A DNA stretch of 64,000 bases from an uncultured Phycisphaerales bacterium (lineage in GTDB: Bacteria > Planctomycetota > Phycisphaerae > Tepidisphaerales > Tepidisphaeraceae). The notes beneath the pieces were generated by a model. It was not told the DNA's origin. It saw nothing but the letters and a program-made list of their open reading frames with translations, and ran no database searches. The stretch is taken from NCBI GenBank assembly GCA_963758525.1, contig CAVWVQ010000003.1, positions 2,464,001 through 2,528,000 of the forward strand. The letters run 5' to 3'. The position numbers were made by a program, and so were the translations under genes. Shown here in pieces: positions 29,622 to 41,400 of the stretch; the stretch's first letter is position 1; every line of letters begins with the position of its first letter.

Positions 29622-30536
29622 TCACTTTGCCTCCGCATAATGCCGGCGCACCTCTTTGGAATTCATCGCAAAGAGCAGCGCGACCGGATAGGACATGCTC
29701 ACCAGGGAGACGACCGCTACCACCCGCACCACTGCCAGGCCGGGAGAGTTGCCGCGCACGGGTAATCCTGCGAAGAACTCGAAAACCAGCATGCTGCTGA
29801 AGATGCCGGCGACGACGGCGAAGCATATTTTGATTGCGGCGTATCGCAGATGCCGTTTGCGGCTGCCGGGCGAGCCGCGCAGGAGCAGGATGCCGGCGAC
29901 GAAAAGATAAATCGCCAGGCCGAAGCTGCCGACGTCTTCGGCAACGACCATGGCGACGATGAACGAGTTGATGTGCATCTTTGCGAAGGGGCTGGCGGGA
30001 AATCCGCCCAACGGCGTGGAGAACGTCTGCCCGGCAGGGGTGATCGTCAGCATCGTTCCTCCCTGGGAAGCGCCGTGACCAATGCCGATGGTCACGGTAC
30101 CCGTCGAATCCTGCGAGGTCGATCGCGACCATCCGGACCGCTGGCCGATCAGGTGCTGATTGGGAGCCTGCAATGCGGCCGTGAGCGCCTGCAACTGCGC
30201 CGGGTTCAGTCCCTTCGGCGCCGAGGACTGCACGCTCGCGACCGTCTGTGAAACCTGAGCAGGCGTAAGCGGCGCGAATGCGGCCGGCTGCGCCGCCTGA
30301 GTTATTTGCGGCATCGCCTTTGTGATCATGTAGATGCCGAAAACTTCCATTCCCGTGATGAGACATGTGATCGCGCTCAGGCAAGCCAACACGATGCTCA
30401 CCACGCCCACCGCGATCAGGATGCCCGGCTGGCGCGCCACGACCGGCGTGGAATAGGCGATCGCCGCCAGGGGGATGTGCGACGCCGGATCGATGACGGA
30501 AGACGTTGCAGGAAGTTGCGGTACAAGTTCTGACAC
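29622..30536 (-). CDS. hypothetical membrane protein (4 TM with an extracytoplasmic loop)
   Basis: Hydrophobic segments; C-terminal YPVALLFAM...EVRRHY. Confidence 0.75.
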   Translation of the reverse strand: MSELVPQLPATSSVIDPASHIPLAAIAYSTPVVARQPGILIAVGVVSIVLACLSAITCLITGMEVFGIYMITKAMPQITQAAQPAAFAPLTPAQVSQTVASVQSSAPKGLNPAQLQALTAALQAPNQHLIGQRSGWSRSTSQDSTGTVTIGIGHGASQGGTMLTITPAGQTFSTPLGGFPASPFAKMHINSFIVAMVVAEDVGSFGLAIYLFVAGILLLRGSPGSRKRHLRYAAIKICFAVVAGIFSSMLVFEFFAGLPVRGNSPGLAVVRVVAVVSLVSMSYPVALLFAMNSKEVRRHYAEAK

Positions 30537-30660
30537 GTAGCTCCCCGAATACTGAAAGCGCTGATCTTATACTGGAGCTGACGACGCAGCGTAATACCTG
30601 TGGGTCGATAAGCGACAACGGTCCGCCATGGAAGAGCTTCAGCCTGGGCGGGCCTTGCCT

Positions 30661-30781
30661 CGTGGCACGGCGTCCCGCCCGTGCTGGCGACGGGGGAGGA
30701 GAAGGGGCATCGGATCGCGAGGGGTTTTCCCAATTTCCGCGTCACCTGCATGGGCGAGACGGGCGAGACGTCCATGCCACG
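30661..30781. repeat. REP-like doublet
   Basis: CGTGGCACGGCGTCCCGCCCGTG ... CATGGGCGAGACGGGCGAGACGTCCATGCCACG. Confidence 0.8.
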
Positions 30782-30791
30782 CGAAGCGAAT

Positions 30792-33523
30792 CTACTTTTT
30801 CGACTTCTTTGCAAACGAGATTGCATCGATCGCGGCTTGCGCCGCGGAGAGCCTGGCAATGGGGACGCGGAAGGGGCTGCAACTGACGTAGTCGAGGCCG
30901 ACCTCGTGGCAGAAGGTGACGCTCTTGGGGTCTCCGCCGTGCTCGCCGCAGATGCCGCACTTGATGCCGGGCCGGGAAGCTCGGCCTTTCTGAACGGCCA
31001 TGCGGACGAGTTGCCCCACGCCGGCGGTGTCGAGGCTCTGGAACGGATCGCGCTCGAGGATTTCTTTGGCGATGTAATCGGGAAGGAAACTGTTCACGTC
31101 GTCGCGGCTGTAGCCGAAGGTCATCTGCGTCAGATCGTTAGTGCCGAAGCTGAAGAACTCGGCGGTCTGGGCGAGTTCGTCGGCGGTCAGCGCGGCGCGG
31201 GGAACTTCGATCATCGTGCCGTAGAGGTAGGGGACCTTGACGCCCTGTTCCTTGAAGACGGCCTTGGCGGTTTCGTCGGTGAACTTCTTGAGATAGTCCA
31301 GCTCGGCTTTGGTGCCGGCAAGGGGGATCATGATTTCCGGCAGCACCGAAATCTTCTGTTTCTTGCATTCACAGGCGGCTTCGATGATCGCACGCACCTG
31401 CATCTCGAGAATTTCCGGGTAGGTGACCGCCAGGCGATCGCCGCGGTGGCCGAGCATCGGGTTGGATTCGTGGAGCTGCGAAACGCGGTGGCGCACCTGT
31501 TCGAGCGAGAGGCCCAGGCTGTGAGCGAGCTCGGCCTGCTCCTTTTCGGAGTGGGGGAGGAACTCGTGAAGCGGCGGGTCCAACAGGCGGATGGTGACGG
31601 GCAGGCCGGCCATCGCCTTGAAGATGCCGATGAAATCCTCGCGCTGGTAGGGGAGCAGTTTGGCCAGGGCGAGCTTGCGCCCTTCGATGTCGGTGGCGAG
31701 AATCATCTCACGCATGTTGTGGATGCGCTCCGCGTCGAAAAACATGTGCTCCGTCCGGCAAAGGCCGATCCCCTGAGCACAAATTCGCGGGCGCGGGCGG
31801 CGTCGGCGGGAGTGTCGGCATTGGTACGCACCTTGAGCGTGCGCAGCTTGTCGGCCCATTTCATAATGATGGCAAAGGGGCCGCTGACGCCTGGCGCAAC
31901 GGTGGGCATGGCGCCTTCAATGACCTCGCCGGTGGAGCCGTCGATGCTGAGCGTGTCATCGGGGCCGTACACTTTGCCGTTGATGGTCAGCGTTTTTTGC
32001 TTCTCGTCGATTTTGATGGAACTGGTTCCGACGATGCAGCATTTGCCCCAGCCGCGCGCGACGACCGCCGCGTGGCTGGTCATGCCGCCGGTGCTGGTGA
32101 GGATTCCGACCGCCGAGTGCATTCCCTGCACGTCTTCGGGGCTGGTTTCCTTGCGGATCAGCAGCACTTTCTCGCCCGACTGGGCCCGCTCGTGGGCTTC
32201 ATTCGCGGTGAAGGCGGGCTTGCCGACGGCTGCTCCGGGCGAGGCGGGAAGGCCCTTGGCAATCACGATTCGCTCGGCATTGGGATCGAACATCGGATGC
32301 AGAAGCTGATCGAGGCTCGCCGGATCGATGCGTTTGACGGCGGTCTGCTCGTCGATCAATTTTTCCTTCACCATATCGACGGCGATCTTTACCGCCGCGA
32401 CGGTGTTGCGCTTGCCGGTGCGCGTCTGCAGCATGTAAAGAGTCCCCTTTTCGATGGTGAACTCGAAATCCTGCATGTCCTTGTAGCGAGCTTCGAGCAG
32501 GTCTTTCACGTTGAGCAGCTCCTGCCAGCCCTTCTTCGACCATTTGCCCATTTCGGTGGCGCAGTCGAGCGGCGTGCGGATGCCGGCGACCACGTCTTCG
32601 CCCTGGGCGTTGATGAGGAACTCGCCGTAAAATTTATTTTCGCCCGTGCTGGGATTGCGAGTAAACGCGACGCCGGTGGCAGAGTCGTCGCCCATGTTCC
32701 CGAAGACCATCGTCTGAACGTTGACGGCGGTTCCCGCCAGCCCGCGAATGTCGTTGATCTGGCGATACGAAATGGCGCGGTCGCCCATCCAGCTCTTGAA
32801 AACGGCTTCGATCGCGTGCTCGAGCTGAAGCATCGGATTTTCCGGGAAGGGGGAGCCGACGTGCTGCTCGAATACTTTCTTGTAGCGCGAGACGACGTCC
32901 TTGAGGCCCTCGGTGTCCAGATCGGTGTCGAGCTGAACGCCTTTTTCCTGTTTGACGGCAGACAATTCGTGCTCGAAATGCTCGTGATCGACGCCCATGA
33001 CGGTGTCGCCGAACATGTTGATCAGCCGGCGATAGCTGTCGTAGGCAAAGCGTTCGTTGCCGCTGAGATCCGCGATGGCCGCGACGACCTTGTCATTGAG
33101 GCCGATGTTCAGCACGGTGTCCATCATGCCGGGCATCGAGACTTTCGCGCCGGAGCGAACGGCGACCAGCAGCGGATTGCGCACGTCGCCGAATCGTTTG
33201 CCGCTGGCTTTTTCCACTTTCGCGAGATTGGTGCGCACTTCGTCCATCAGCCCGCGGGGAAGCTTCTGGCCCAAATCGTTGTATTCCTTGCAGGTTTGGG
33301 TGGTGATCGTGAAGCCGGGCGGAACCGGAAGCTTGGCAAGCGTCATGTCGGCGAGGTTGGCGCCCTTGCCGCCGAGGAGATCCTTGAGATGAACGCCTCC
33401 CTCGGCTTTTCCCGCGCCGAAGAAGTAAACGCGCTTGGCCGTTTTGATTTTCGGGGCGGCTTGCACAGGAGCGGCTGGTTTCTTCGGCTTCGGCTTCGGC
33501 TTCGGCTTGGTCATCAACTTCAT
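30792..33523 (-). CDS. ppdK: pyruvate, phosphate dikinase; frameshift at ~31780
   Basis: [56 protein letters not shown]; one G missing in the codons for EFGAQG. Confidence 0.95.
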
Positions 33524-33740
33524 GGTACGGTCTCCGGCATCGGCTCGAACTCATCGGGCCTGAACAGTTCGTGCTTGGGATGTATCCGCCAACGGGGGAA
33601 AGGCTGTGCCGGCGCATTACCGACAATTTGGTGAGCGACTCCTCCAGCAGAATCCGCCAAGCGTGAAAGGCCGGAAGTATAGAAACGAGGGTGGGGATGT
33701 CAATTTTGCGGGGGAATACGGGCCGTGCCCCTCGTCCTCC

Positions 33741-33852
33741 AATGCCCAAGGCCCGATGGCCAACAAAATCCCAAGGAGCCAATGACCAATGGCACGCGTC
33801 AACCTTGGGCCTTGAGATTTGGTGCTTTGTTGGCCATTGGCCCTTGGTCATT
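33741..33852. repeat. inverted heptamer-repeat element
   Basis: AATGCCCAAGGCCCGATGGCCAACAAA ... TTTGTTGGCCATTGGCCCTTGGTCATT. Confidence 0.7.
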
Positions 33853-33895
33853 TTCTTCCCCCCTCGTTTCGTTCTCCAAGGCCCAATAGGCAAGC

Positions 33896-34708
33896 TCACG
33901 CTTTAAGCTCTTCGAGAAGCACCGCGTGCGCGGCTGGACCGCCGGCCAGAAACGGCACTTTTGCGCCGCTGTAGTTCCTCAAATCGAACGGGAAAACAGG
34001 CTTTCCCTGCAAATCGGTGATTACGCCGCCAGCCTCCAGCACGATGGCGGCCGGGGCGACAACGTCCCAGAGCTTGCCGTTGACGGTGACAGCGCCATGC
34101 GCGACGCCGGCGGCGACGAGGACCGCCTCGAGTGCGGCGGAGCCGAGCATGCGGATCTTCCAATCGGTCTGGGAAATCCAGCGCGTCGCCCAGGAAGGGC
34201 AGCCGGTGGCGTAATTGAGGTTGCTGGTGCACATCAACAGGGAACTGTCGCTTAGCGGGGTGGTCAGCACTTGCAGGGGGCGATCGTCAAGCCAGGCGCC
34301 GTGGCCGGCGGCGGCGGAGTACATCTGATTGCGCGTGACGTCGAACACTACGCCCAGAACGGGATTGCCCCCAGCGAGCAGGCCGATGCACACCGCGAAG
34401 TTTCCCAGGCCGGCAACGAAGTTATTGGTGCCGTCGATCGGATCGATGACCCACACGCGGCCTTTCGGATCAACCGTTTCAAAAGTGATGGCGTCGCCGG
34501 TTTCGTTCTCTTCGCCAATAAATCCATCGGTGGGAAAACGCTTCTTGAGCGCGGCGACGATAAACCGCTGGCTGGCGCGATCGGCGTCGGTGACCGCTTC
34601 GGCCTGCCGTTTGGTCAGGCGGGCCACTTTCCCGTAATGATCCGAGACGATCTTGCCGGCTCCGCGAGCAATCTCAATCGCGGTCTTCAACTCTTCGCTG
34701 GACGACAT
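33896..34708 (-). CDS. inositol monophosphatase family protein (SuhB-like)
   Basis: GEE, WVIDPIDGTNNF, GSAAL, WDVVA. Confidence 0.92.
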   Translation of the reverse strand: MSSSEELKTAIEIARGAGKIVSDHYGKVARLTKRQAEAVTDADRASQRFIVAALKKRFPTDGFIGEENETGDAITFETVDPKGRVWVIDPIDGTNNFVAGLGNFAVCIGLLAGGNPVLGVVFDVTRNQMYSAAAGHGAWLDDRPLQVLTTPLSDSSLLMCTSNLNYATGCPSWATRWISQTDWKIRMLGSAALEAVLVAAGVAHGAVTVNGKLWDVVAPAAIVLEAGGVITDLQGKPVFPFDLRNYSGAKVPFLAGGPAAHAVLLEELKA

Positions 34709-34719
34709 GAGAGCTCCGC

Positions 34720-35208
34720 TCAGAACTGAATCTTCACTCCATGGAAGTTGATGCTCTCGCCCAGGTGAAGCCGGAATGATTGGCTCGTGGAAGGCGGCTG
34801 ATCCGGGGAGCCTGCCGGTGGCGTCGTTGGCGCGGCGGGCATTGCCGGCCCCGGCAGACCGTTCTGCTGCTGTTGCTGCATTTGTCTTTGTTGCTGCTGG
34901 TGGGCCCACTTCATGAAGGAGACGCCGAAGGTCAACGCCAGAACGATGATCAGCAGATCAAACGCCAGTCCGATACATCCCATGATCAGCCCGGCCTTGG
35001 CCATTCCCTCGCCGCTGCCGGTGCCGTCGCGCACTTTGTTGCGTGCGATGATCCCGAAGATAATGGCCAGGATTCCGCAGATCGCGGCAAGCCATGAGAG
35101 ACAGACGAACAGCGAAATGATCCCCAGCACCATGCTGGCGATCGCCAGCCCGGCGGACGGCGGCGGAGGATTGTATGCGTAGTTTGGTTGCATCTGCGAT
35201 TGAGACAT
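34720..35208 (-). CDS. DUF4190 domain membrane protein
   Basis: [13 protein letters not shown]...[12 protein letters not shown]. Confidence 0.85.
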   Translation of the reverse strand: MSQSQMQPNYAYNPPPPSAGLAIASMVLGIISLFVCLSWLAAICGILAIIFGIIARNKVRDGTGSGEGMAKAGLIMGCIGLAFDLLIIVLALTFGVSFMKWAHQQQQRQMQQQQQNGLPGPAMPAAPTTPPAGSPDQPPSTSQSFRLHLGESINFHGVKIQF

Positions 35209-35310
35209 GGGCGGCTCCCTCGATTCTAAAAGAGGACTTGGTTCGCAACTCCGGCAACGGCGCCGCAAATGTAATTGACGATGGACTGCCGAGTCAAAGG
35301 CGCGATTTGC

Positions 35311-35345
35311 TTGCTCCGGCGCGTCGCCTTCAATACGCTTTGCGT
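35311..35345 (+). promoter_or_regulatory. putative leaderless sigma70 promoter of sucD
   Basis: TTGCTC-17-TACGCT-6-ATG; no Shine-Dalgarno. Confidence 0.55.
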
Positions 35346-36251
35346 ATGAGCATACTGGTCAATCGCGACACGAAAGTCATCTGTCAGGGCATTACCGGGG
35401 CGGCCGGGGCGTTTCATACGAAAGGATGCCTCGAGTACGGCACGAAGATGGTGGGGGGCGTGACGCCTGGCAAAGGCGGGATGAAGGACGCCAACGGATT
35501 GCCCATCTTCGACACCGTGCAGCAGGCGGTCACCGCGACGGGCGCTTCGGCGACGATGATTTTCGTACCTCCGCCGTTCGCGGCAGATGCGATCATGGAA
35601 GCGGCCGATGCCGGAATCGCGGTGATCACTGCCATCACCGAGGGCATTCCAGTGCTCGACATGATCAAAGTGAAGGCGTTTCTCAAGGATCGGCCCCGGA
35701 GCGTTTTGATCGGCCCGAATTGTCCGGGAGTGATCACGCCCGGCGAGTGCAAAATCGGAATCATGCCCGGATACATTCACACGCCGGCGGGCGAAGCAAA
35801 GAGCGGGAAGAAGGTGGGGATCATCAGCCGCAGCGGCACGCTGACGTACGAAGCCGTCTGGCAGTGCTCGACGCGCGGAATCGGTCAAACGACGTGCGTC
35901 GGCATCGGCGGAGACCCGGTGAAAGGACTCAACTTCATCGAGCTGCTCAAGCTCTTTGCCGACGATCGGGAAACCGACGGAATCATCGTCATCGGAGAAA
36001 TCGGTGGATCAGACGAAGAAGCCGCCGCCGCATTTGTGAAGAGCCAGGTGAAAAAGCCGGTCGTGGCGTTCATTGCCGGGCGGACTGCGCCGCCCGGCCG
36101 GCGCATGGGTCACGCCGGCGCCATCATCAGCGGGGGCGAGGGTTCAGCCGACTCGAAGATCGCGGCGATGCGGGCCGCGCAGATTTCCGTCGCCGAAAGT
36201 CCCGCCACGATCGGAGAGACGATGGCCACGGCGCTGGGCGTGGCGGCGTAG
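35346..36251 (+). CDS. sucD: succinyl-CoA ligase alpha subunit
   Basis: [34 protein letters not shown]; no sucC nearby. Confidence 0.97.
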   Translation: MSILVNRDTKVICQGITGAAGAFHTKGCLEYGTKMVGGVTPGKGGMKDANGLPIFDTVQQAVTATGASATMIFVPPPFAADAIMEAADAGIAVITAITEGIPVLDMIKVKAFLKDRPRSVLIGPNCPGVITPGECKIGIMPGYIHTPAGEAKSGKKVGIISRSGTLTYEAVWQCSTRGIGQTTCVGIGGDPVKGLNFIELLKLFADDRETDGIIVIGEIGGSDEEAAAAFVKSQVKKPVVAFIAGRTAPPGRRMGHAGAIISGGEGSADSKIAAMRAAQISVAESPATIGETMATALGVAA

Positions 36252-36257
36252 GGCGCG

Positions 36258-36587
36258 TCAACCTCCTGCATCTTCGTCGCCGACTTCTCGGATGGCCTGC
36301 ATTCTTCCGTGTCGAACGCACAGCACCCGAACCAAAGACTGATCGTTATCGACCTCGAAGATGATTCGGTGGGATTTGTATACGAGTTGCCGAAGTCTTC
36401 TGCCAGGAACGTACTGCCGTTCGCGGGCAGCAGCGTATCGATGTGGAAACAGTTCAAGCGTATTGATTTTGCGGTAAACGCCCAACAGCCATTTGGCCGC
36501 ATTCTGTTCCGAATGTGCAAAAATAAATTCAAATGCCGCCGTGATATTGCGCCTCGCTTCCGGCGTGATCACTACGGAGAATTTCAC
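36258..36587 (-). CDS. RelE/ParE family toxin
   Basis: VVITPEA...LELFPHR...RIIFEV...VRVLCVRHG. Confidence 0.88.
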   Translation of the reverse strand: MKFSVVITPEARRNITAAFEFIFAHSEQNAAKWLLGVYRKINTLELFPHRYAAARERQYVPGRRLRQLVYKSHRIIFEVDNDQSLVRVLCVRHGRMQAIREVGDEDAGG

Positions 36588-36873
36588 TTAAGCTTGATTC
36601 CATGTTTGGCAGCGAGTTCGCGGAGGAATTCTCGCGCCGGCTGGAGCTCGCCGCGGTCCGCTTCGTCGAGACCACGCTTCAGCCCCGCGAGAGTATCAGC
36701 CAGTTCCGCCTGCTCCCACAGTTTCTGATATGCGCCGCGCTCTGCACGACAACGGCCGCTTGACCGTTGACGGTCAAGATCTCGGGAGCGCCGGTTTTCT
36801 TCAACCGCTGAATGGACTCTTTCGTCTTTCGCGTGAAGTCGGTTAGCGGGTGGACATTCTTCAATTGCCTCAT
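36584..36873 (-). CDS. Phd/YefM family antitoxin; frameshift at ~36733
   Basis: PLTDF, LTVNGQAAVVVQ; the shifted frame gives YQKLWEQAELADTLAGLKRGLDEADRG, whose stop overlaps the toxin GTG. Confidence 0.82.
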
Positions 36874-36940
36874 AATTTTACACGCTTTCAGCTGCGCTGC
36901 ATCTACCAGAAGCTTACAATTCGACCCAGGAATTCGCCAT

Positions 36941-38309
36941 CTACTTCTGCGCGGCCGATTGGTCTTTCGATTGTTCCGGCTTGCTCGCCATCACTTTTGC
37001 GCCTTCGATCACGCGTTCGCCGGGATTGGCGATCACTTGCTCATCACCACTGAGCCCCTCGGTGATCTCCACGTTTTTGCCGTAGTCGATCCCGAGCTTC
37101 ACCTGGACGAAATGTGCTTTGCCGTCCTGGATGATCGCGACCTGGTTCCCGTCTGAGTTCTGCACCAGCGCCGGGCCGGGCACGAGAAGCGGGACCGAGG
37201 TGCGATGCACTTCGAACGTCACGTCGACATACATGCCTGGCAGCAGCGCCCCGTCCTGATTGGGCACTTTGATCTCAGTCAGCAGGGAACGGCTGGCCGG
37301 ATCGAGATAGTTGGTCGTTCCCAGCACCTGGCCGGTGAAGACGCGACCGGGCCGCTCGGCGCGGTGATCCTGGCGGGCATCGCCTGCTTGATCGACAGGC
37401 GCTGGACTGGGGCACGTTGACAAAAACGCGCAGCACGTCGTTCTCCGCGATCTTGTACATCGGCTTGGTGTTGACGTCGGTGGGATCAGCCACAATCAGC
37501 GCGCCGGTGTCATACGCACGCCCGGTGACGACTCCGTCGAAGGGAGCGATGATGCTTTCGAAAGATTGCAGGTCCGAAAGTCGTTTCACATTCGCCTCGG
37601 CGGCTGCAACGTTGGCCTGGGCAGATTGAACGGTGGCGGCGGCCGCGTTCATGTCGGCGGTCTTCTGATCGAGATCCTGCTGCGTCACGCCAGAGGTTCC
37701 TCTCAGCGATGCGAACCGCCGATAGGTCACTTGCGCGATCTGCAGATCGCTCTGCGCCTTGGTGACGGCGGCCTGCATCTGCAGCAGGGCGGCCCGGGCC
37801 TGCAGAAGCTGCTGGTCGACGTCCGGCGCGTCAATCTTCGCCAGCAACTGCCCCTTTTTCACATGATTGCTGATGTCAGCCCACCATGGCCCAAGATAGC
37901 CCGTCGTGCGGGCATAGATCGACGTCTCCTGTGTCGGGCGCAGGGTGCCGGGCACGCTGATATCGACGTCGGCCTTGGAGGGTTGGGGAGCGACCGCGTT
38001 GACAGGCACTGCCGCGTCACGCTCCGCCGCCGCCTCGTCGGCAATCTGACGGTTCTGGCGCGTCCGAGGGATCAGACCGGTCAGGAACAGCGCTGCGATC
38101 AGCACGCCGACCACGATCGCGGTAACGATCATCCCGCCGCGCTTCGGCTTGGTCACCTCGCCCCAGTCGTCATGATCCGCAGGCTTGCTCTGCGGCGGCG
38201 CAGCGCCGTTGCCGTTCCGCTCGCGTGCCGGGCGCGAGGGGGCGGTTTCTTCCCGGCACCGCGGTGGCGCCGATGGCGCGGGCGGCGGCGATACTTGCGT
38301 GCTTTCCAT
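36941..38309 (-). CDS. RND efflux periplasmic adaptor; frameshifted at ~37360-37400
   Basis: TM anchor, IYARTTGY, IIAPFDGVV, LLPGMYVDV; split across two ORFs. Confidence 0.9.
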
Positions 38310-38441
38310 CTGACAACTCCTTACGTCCTCAACATCAATCTGCTCACTGAGCTTGCGCAATCACGCGCTTCTCAAAACCGCTTAGCGGCTGCCCCAAGGG
38401 CAGCGGAGTCACTTGCACGTGCGCTACTCGCCCACGCTCAT

Positions 38442-41400
38442 TTAATCCTGCAATTCAGGTTCCAGCGCCTTGTGCGGCGGCGCGGTTCGCAAGGCGCTAT
38501 AAACGACCGGCACGAAAAAGAGTGTGGCGAACGTCGCCAGGCTCAATCCTCCGATCACGGCCCGTCCCAGCGGGGCGTTTTGCTCGCCGCCCTCGCCCAG
38601 ACCTAGTGACATCGGCAACATTCCGATAATCATTGCCAACGCCGTCATGATGACAGGGCGCAGGCGAGTCATTCCGGCGGCAAAGGCCGCGTCATGAGAG
38701 CTGGACTCATGTTCTTTGCGATGATCGTTGGCAAAGGTGATCATCAGAATGCTGTTTGCCGTCGCGACGCCAACGCACATGATCGAGCCCATCAGACTTG
38801 GCACGCTGATGGTGGTGCGCGTGGCGTAAAGCATCCACAAGATGCCGGCAATCGCGCCCGGAAGCGCCATGAGAATGATCAGCGGATCGAGCCAGCTTTG
38901 GAAGTTCACCACCATCAGCAGATAGACGAGAATGACCGCGCCGACGATGCCAACCGCCAGCGCCTCAAACGAGCTGTTCATGCTCTGCACCTGTCCGCGC
39001 ACCACGATCTTGGTGCCCGCGGGAAGTTTGGGCGTGATCTGATCGATGAGCTTCTGGATCTGGCTTGAGACGCTGCCCAGGTCGGAATTCTGCACGTTGG
39101 CCTGAATGTCGAAGGTGGGGGCGATGTTGTAGTGAGTGATGTTGGTGGCACTGGAGCCGCGGCCGATGGTGGCCATGTTTTCCAGCATTTGCGGATCGGT
39201 CATTCCTGGCACCACGACCGGCGTGTTGCCCAGCGCCTCGAAAGAATCGACCTTGTATTGCGGAGTCATGACCGAGACGGAATAGGAGACGCCCAGTTTC
39301 GGGTCGAGCCAATAGTTGGGCGATGTCTGCCCGCTGGAGGAGAGGGAGATCAGCAGGTCGTTGGAGACGTCGCGCTGCGCGATGCCCATCTGCCCGGCCC
39401 GCGCGCGATCGGCGATCACGCGCAGATCGGGCGTCCGGGCGACCTGATGAATGTGAACGTCAACGGCGCCCGGAATTCCCGCAATCTCGCTTCTCAATTC
39501 CTCGGCCACGGCCAGGTTCTTCTCATTGTTCAACTTGCTCCCGACAATCTGCACGTCGATCGGCGCGGGAAGCCCGAAGTTCAATACCTGCGTGGCAATG
39601 TCCGCGGGCTGAAACCAAAAACCCAACTCGGGAAACTGCGTGGGAAGCTGCTTGCGCAACGCTTCCACATACCGCGCCGTGGGATGGTGGTTTTCCTTGA
39701 GGTCGATGAGGATTTCGCCGTCGGCGGGCGAAATCTGCGAGCCGTCGCTCAGCGACATATTGATGGCACTGTTGGGGATTCCGATGTTGTCGAGCACCAC
39801 CTCCACTTCGTCGGCGGGAATCTGCGTGCGCAGATAGGCCTCGACTTTTCCGAAGTATCGCTCGGTGTCTTCAAGCCGCGTGCCGGCCGGGGCACGCACA
39901 TGCAGGCGGATCTTGCCGGCATCGACGCTGGGGAAGAAATCGCGGCCGATGGCGGGGAGCAGCATGCACGACAAGACCACCATCGTCGCGAAGAGGCCGA
40001 CGACGATCCCGCGATGCTCCAGCGCCAGCGTCAGGTAGCCGCCGTAGAACCGGCGGAATTTCTCGAAGTAAACGTTGAATTTCTCGTGCGTCCGCCAGAT
40101 CCAATTGTTCTCAAAAATTTCATAGCCGATCCCCAGCACCAGAACAATTCCGACGGCCACGCGCAATACGTCGAGCATGAAGCGAAAAGGCGTTTGCTTC
40201 GCCGCGTTCGTCAGATCGGCGGCAAACGGAGTGTGCGCAAGGACCGCTCCGCGCGGTCCAGCCGGGAGCAGGCAGACGATTCCAGCCGCGATTAAAAGCC
40301 CGACCGCCGCCAGCGAGCACCACTTGAGCGACCAGAGCAGTGACTGCAGAAAACCGACGTGCAGATCGCGCGGCCCGTGCTCGTGTTTATATCCTTCCTG
40401 CTCGACGCCGCCGTACAGATCGACTTCGCTCTCCAGCAGGTAGTGAACCAGCGTCGGCACCAGCGTTCGGCTCAGCAGGTAGCTGGTGAGCATCGCGAAG
40501 ACCACGGCCATCGCCAGCGGCACGAACAGCGACTTGGCGGCGCCGGTGATAAACCAGACGGGAACGAAGACAATACAGATGCACAAAGTGGAGACGAAAG
40601 CGGGGACGGCGATCTGCTGCGCCCCGTCGAGAATCGCCTGCACCAGGCGCTTGCGCTGGTGAAGATTGCGGTGGATGTTTTCGATCTCGACGGTTGCGTC
40701 GTCGACCAGAATTCCCACCGCCAGCGCCATGCCGCCCAAGGTCATCACATTGAGCGTTTCGCCCAGGGCCCAGAGCACGATAATCGACACGATGATCGAG
40801 AGCGGAATCGAGACGCAGATGATCAGCGTGCTGCGCCACGACCCCAGGAACAGCAGAATCATCAGCCCGGTCAGGCCGGCGGCGATCACCGCTTCCTTCA
40901 CGACGCCCCAGACCGCGGCCCGCACGAAAATCGACTGATCGAACAGCGGCGTGACTTTCAGTTCCTTGTAGCCAGGCACGCGCGGCAGGACGCCAGGGAC
41001 CGCCTCGCGGACGCGCTTGACGATGTCCAGCGTGGAAGCGTTTCCCAGCTTATAGACCGGCTCCAGAACCCCCTTTTTGCCGTCAATGTGCACCAGATTG
41101 GTCTGCGGCAAAAACTTGTCCGCGACATGGGCAACGTCCTTGATGAAGACAGTGCTCCCGTTGACGGTTTTGATCGGCAGATCGTTGAGCCCCAGCACCG
41201 TATCGGGGCTGGAGTTGACGTGGACGGCATACTCCTGCGTGCCGATCTTGGCGGTGCCGGAGGGAACGATCAGATTCTGGGTGTTGATCGCGTTGGAGAC
41301 GTCGGCGGCGGAAAGCCCGAATCCCATCAGCTTCTGGGGGTCCAGATCGACCATGATCTGCCGTTGTTTCCCGCCATAAGGCCACGGCAGCATCGCCCCC

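Noticed and set aside
33483..33510. TTCGGC hexamer repeat
   Set aside because: It simply encodes the low-complexity KPKPKPKP N-terminal extension of PpdK
30792..33523. ppdK as two genes or a pseudogene
   Set aside because: One added G restores [15 protein letters not shown] and both halves are otherwise intact
30681..33634. Long plus-strand ORFs (542 and 545 aa); similar ones occur opposite the kinase, RND, porin and GT3 genes
   Set aside because: Antisense shadows typical of high-GC codon usage, with no recognisable motifs
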